Origin: Negaprion brevirostris
Taxonomy: Eukaryota
DNA: 64,000 nucleotides
Assembly: GCA_030324005.1 (NCBI GenBank)
Contig: JARDVH010000132.1
Span: 49,874,458-49,938,457, forward strand
Direction of reading: 5' to 3'
Below are positions 62,100-64,000 of this stretch, one piece after another. The notes below the pieces were generated by a model that saw nothing but the letters and a program-made list of their open reading frames with translations, searched no databases and was not told the origin of the DNA. Position 1 is the first letter of the stretch. Every line of letters starts with the position of its first letter. A program made the position numbers and the translations under genes.

Positions 62100-62700
62100 G
62101 GCTGTACCACATTGCTCACTAGTGCCTTGGGTTACAGTAAGGGCCAGCAGGAAGGTTATTTTCCCTATGAACTGGTGGAAAAAGGGCACCACAGTGAACA
62201 AGCTATCATATTGGAAGTGGTAGAGGAGATCAGCAGCAGGAGTGTGGTGCCTTGCTTCTGGATACAGTGCTGCAAGAGATTGAGTGACCACATCAGGGCA
62301 GCAAAAGGTAACTAGTTTCCACATTCCAGTGCAAATCCCTTCACTCTGCCTTCTCCTGTACATCATTCCTCAAACCAGCACAGCGTTCTGGTGCACCCCT
62401 GCGTCTCTCTTGAGGCTTCTCCTCATTGCCTCGCAACCCCATCTGACCAGCTACCAGTCACTCTTATATTGCAACATGATACCAATCCATCACCAATCCA
62501 TTGTGAACCTTCACAAATGTTGTCCTTCCATCCTCTCAAAACATTCCACAAGTTCACACTCATGATTCTCTTTTATTTCTCTGTGGAGGAGAATGGAGAA
62601 CAGAACAGTGGAGACAGACAGAAAAGTAGAGTTGACCCATCAGCCATCACCAACTTCACAGCAGTGGAGGAGGAAGCGATTGAAATGAACCATATTTTGG
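62100..62700 (+). pseudogene. Harbinger Myb/SANT-like ORF relic with two exons
   Basis: LEVVEEISSRSVVPCFWIQCCKRLSDHIRAAK|GTAACT...ENGEQNSGDRQK...TNFTAVEEEAIE. Confidence 0.72.
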
Positions 62701-63309
62701 CATACATGATGATGGGGAGATTGAAACCTCCCAGCTTCATAGTGGCAGAATTAGGTGTCACATAACGTGATGCACAACACCTCAGTCATGTTGATTTGAT
62801 GTCAGGAGCCCTACGAGTGTTCCTCAGGAGCCAGTGCTGGAAAAGGACGAAGGTTATTCATTCACTCTGAGGATCCGCTGTCACATGACTCATGTTCTGC
62901 CTCCACCAGTTCTGTTAGACACACTTCGATAGAATCCTCCAAACCAGTGGTTGGTTAGCAGATGGTGAGCCACACAGCACAAGTGAGCAAGCGTTGTTTC
63001 TTTTCATCTGCCCCCTTCCCTATCTTCCCTCTCATGGCCCACCCAGATTTCCTTGCTAGCCAAGAGCTGAGAGGACTTTGCTTCATGTCAGTAAGGCTCA
63101 GACTGGCCAAGGCAAGGTTTTCAATAATCGTGCTTCAGGGAGCGAGTCTGAGTTTGCAGACCATTATCAGGATGGGCAGATCATTGGTCAGTGTAGGCGT
63201 GCCGTCAGCCACCCTAATGCCTTTGATAGTCCATACAGGTGGACAGTCTCTTGATGTTAGCATTAAGGCCTGAGACATCATGGCACTCATGCCATATTTG
63301 GTCAAATGC

Positions 63310-64000
63310 TGCCTCACCTCTTGAGTTTAGTTGCTTTTTTCATGTTTGGCAGTAATGAGGCCAGGAACTGAATTGTCTAGGAGGTAACCAAATTGAGCAT
63401 TAGTGAGCCAGACATTGGTTAGTTCAAGTGTCGTTTGATAGCATTGTCAGTAACACTTTCCATCATTTTGCCAATGATTGACAGTCGAGTAATGAGGTGA
63501 TAAAGGACCAGGTTGGATTTGTCCTGTTTTCTGTGGATAAGATATATGCAGTCAATTTTCCACATTGATAGGTAGACGCTGATGTTGCGGCTGTACTAGA
63601 ACAGCTTGGCTAGGGACACGGCAAGTTCTGGAGCACATGTTTTCAGTATCATAGCCGAAGTGTTGTCAGGGCCCTTAGCCTTTGCAGTATCCGATACTTT
63701 CAACCATTTCTTGGTATCATGTGGAGTGAATCAAATTGGCTGGAAACTGGCATCTGTCATGCTGGCAAACTCTAAAGGCTAAGATGGACTATCCACTCGG
63801 CACTTCTGGTTGAAGATTATTGCAAATGCTTCTTGTCTTTTGCACTGTTGTGTTGGGCTCCCCCATCATTGAGGATGTGGATAGTTGAGGTTAGTTGTTT
63901 AATTGTCCATCACCATTCATGACGCGATGTGGTGAGTCTAGAGAACTTTGACCTGGTTTGTTATTTTGTGGGATCACTTAGCTCTGCTTTTTGCATGCTG
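63310..64000 (-). mobile_element. Family B LINE ORF2 fragment
   Basis: Minus-strand DTAKAKGPDN...LKTCAPELAVSLAKLF...KQDKSN...SIIGKMME. Confidence 0.85.

Noticed and set aside
1-64000. CRISPR arrays, operons or other prokaryotic systems
   Set aside because: No regularly spaced repeat-spacer array or dense intact ORFs; the sequence is vertebrate intronic DNA throughout.

Overview
Eukaryotic, elasmobranch (shark) genomic DNA from a gapped draft assembly, inferred from HE1 V-SINEs, HER1/CR1 LINEs and a Deu-domain SINE. The window lies inside one + strand gene, raftlin (RFTN1). Six internal coding exons with GT-AG boundaries splice in one frame: 3639-3813, 20231-20339, 27258-27912, 38167-38370, 41030-41136, 61035-61138. 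The ATG exon and the last exons lie outside the window. The introns are dense with decayed mobile elements: HER1/CR1 3' fragments, a second CR1-group LINE with its partner tRNA-SINE, HE1 SINEs with two different tails, Penelope-like elements carrying minimal hammerhead-ribozyme motifs, PIF/Harbinger Myb/SANT relics and MITEs, a hAT end, a Rex1 end and two LTR-retrotransposon relics. One LTR relic has a non-canonical K-I-V-D-D RT motif. Most ORFs in the supplied track are repeat- or N-gap-derived. All family calls are by recognition from memory, without database searches, and repeat boundaries are approximate. I found no convincing wholly new system. The best leads are the solo hammerhead, the atypical LTR pol, the SINE tail swap and the enlarged RFTN1 exon.
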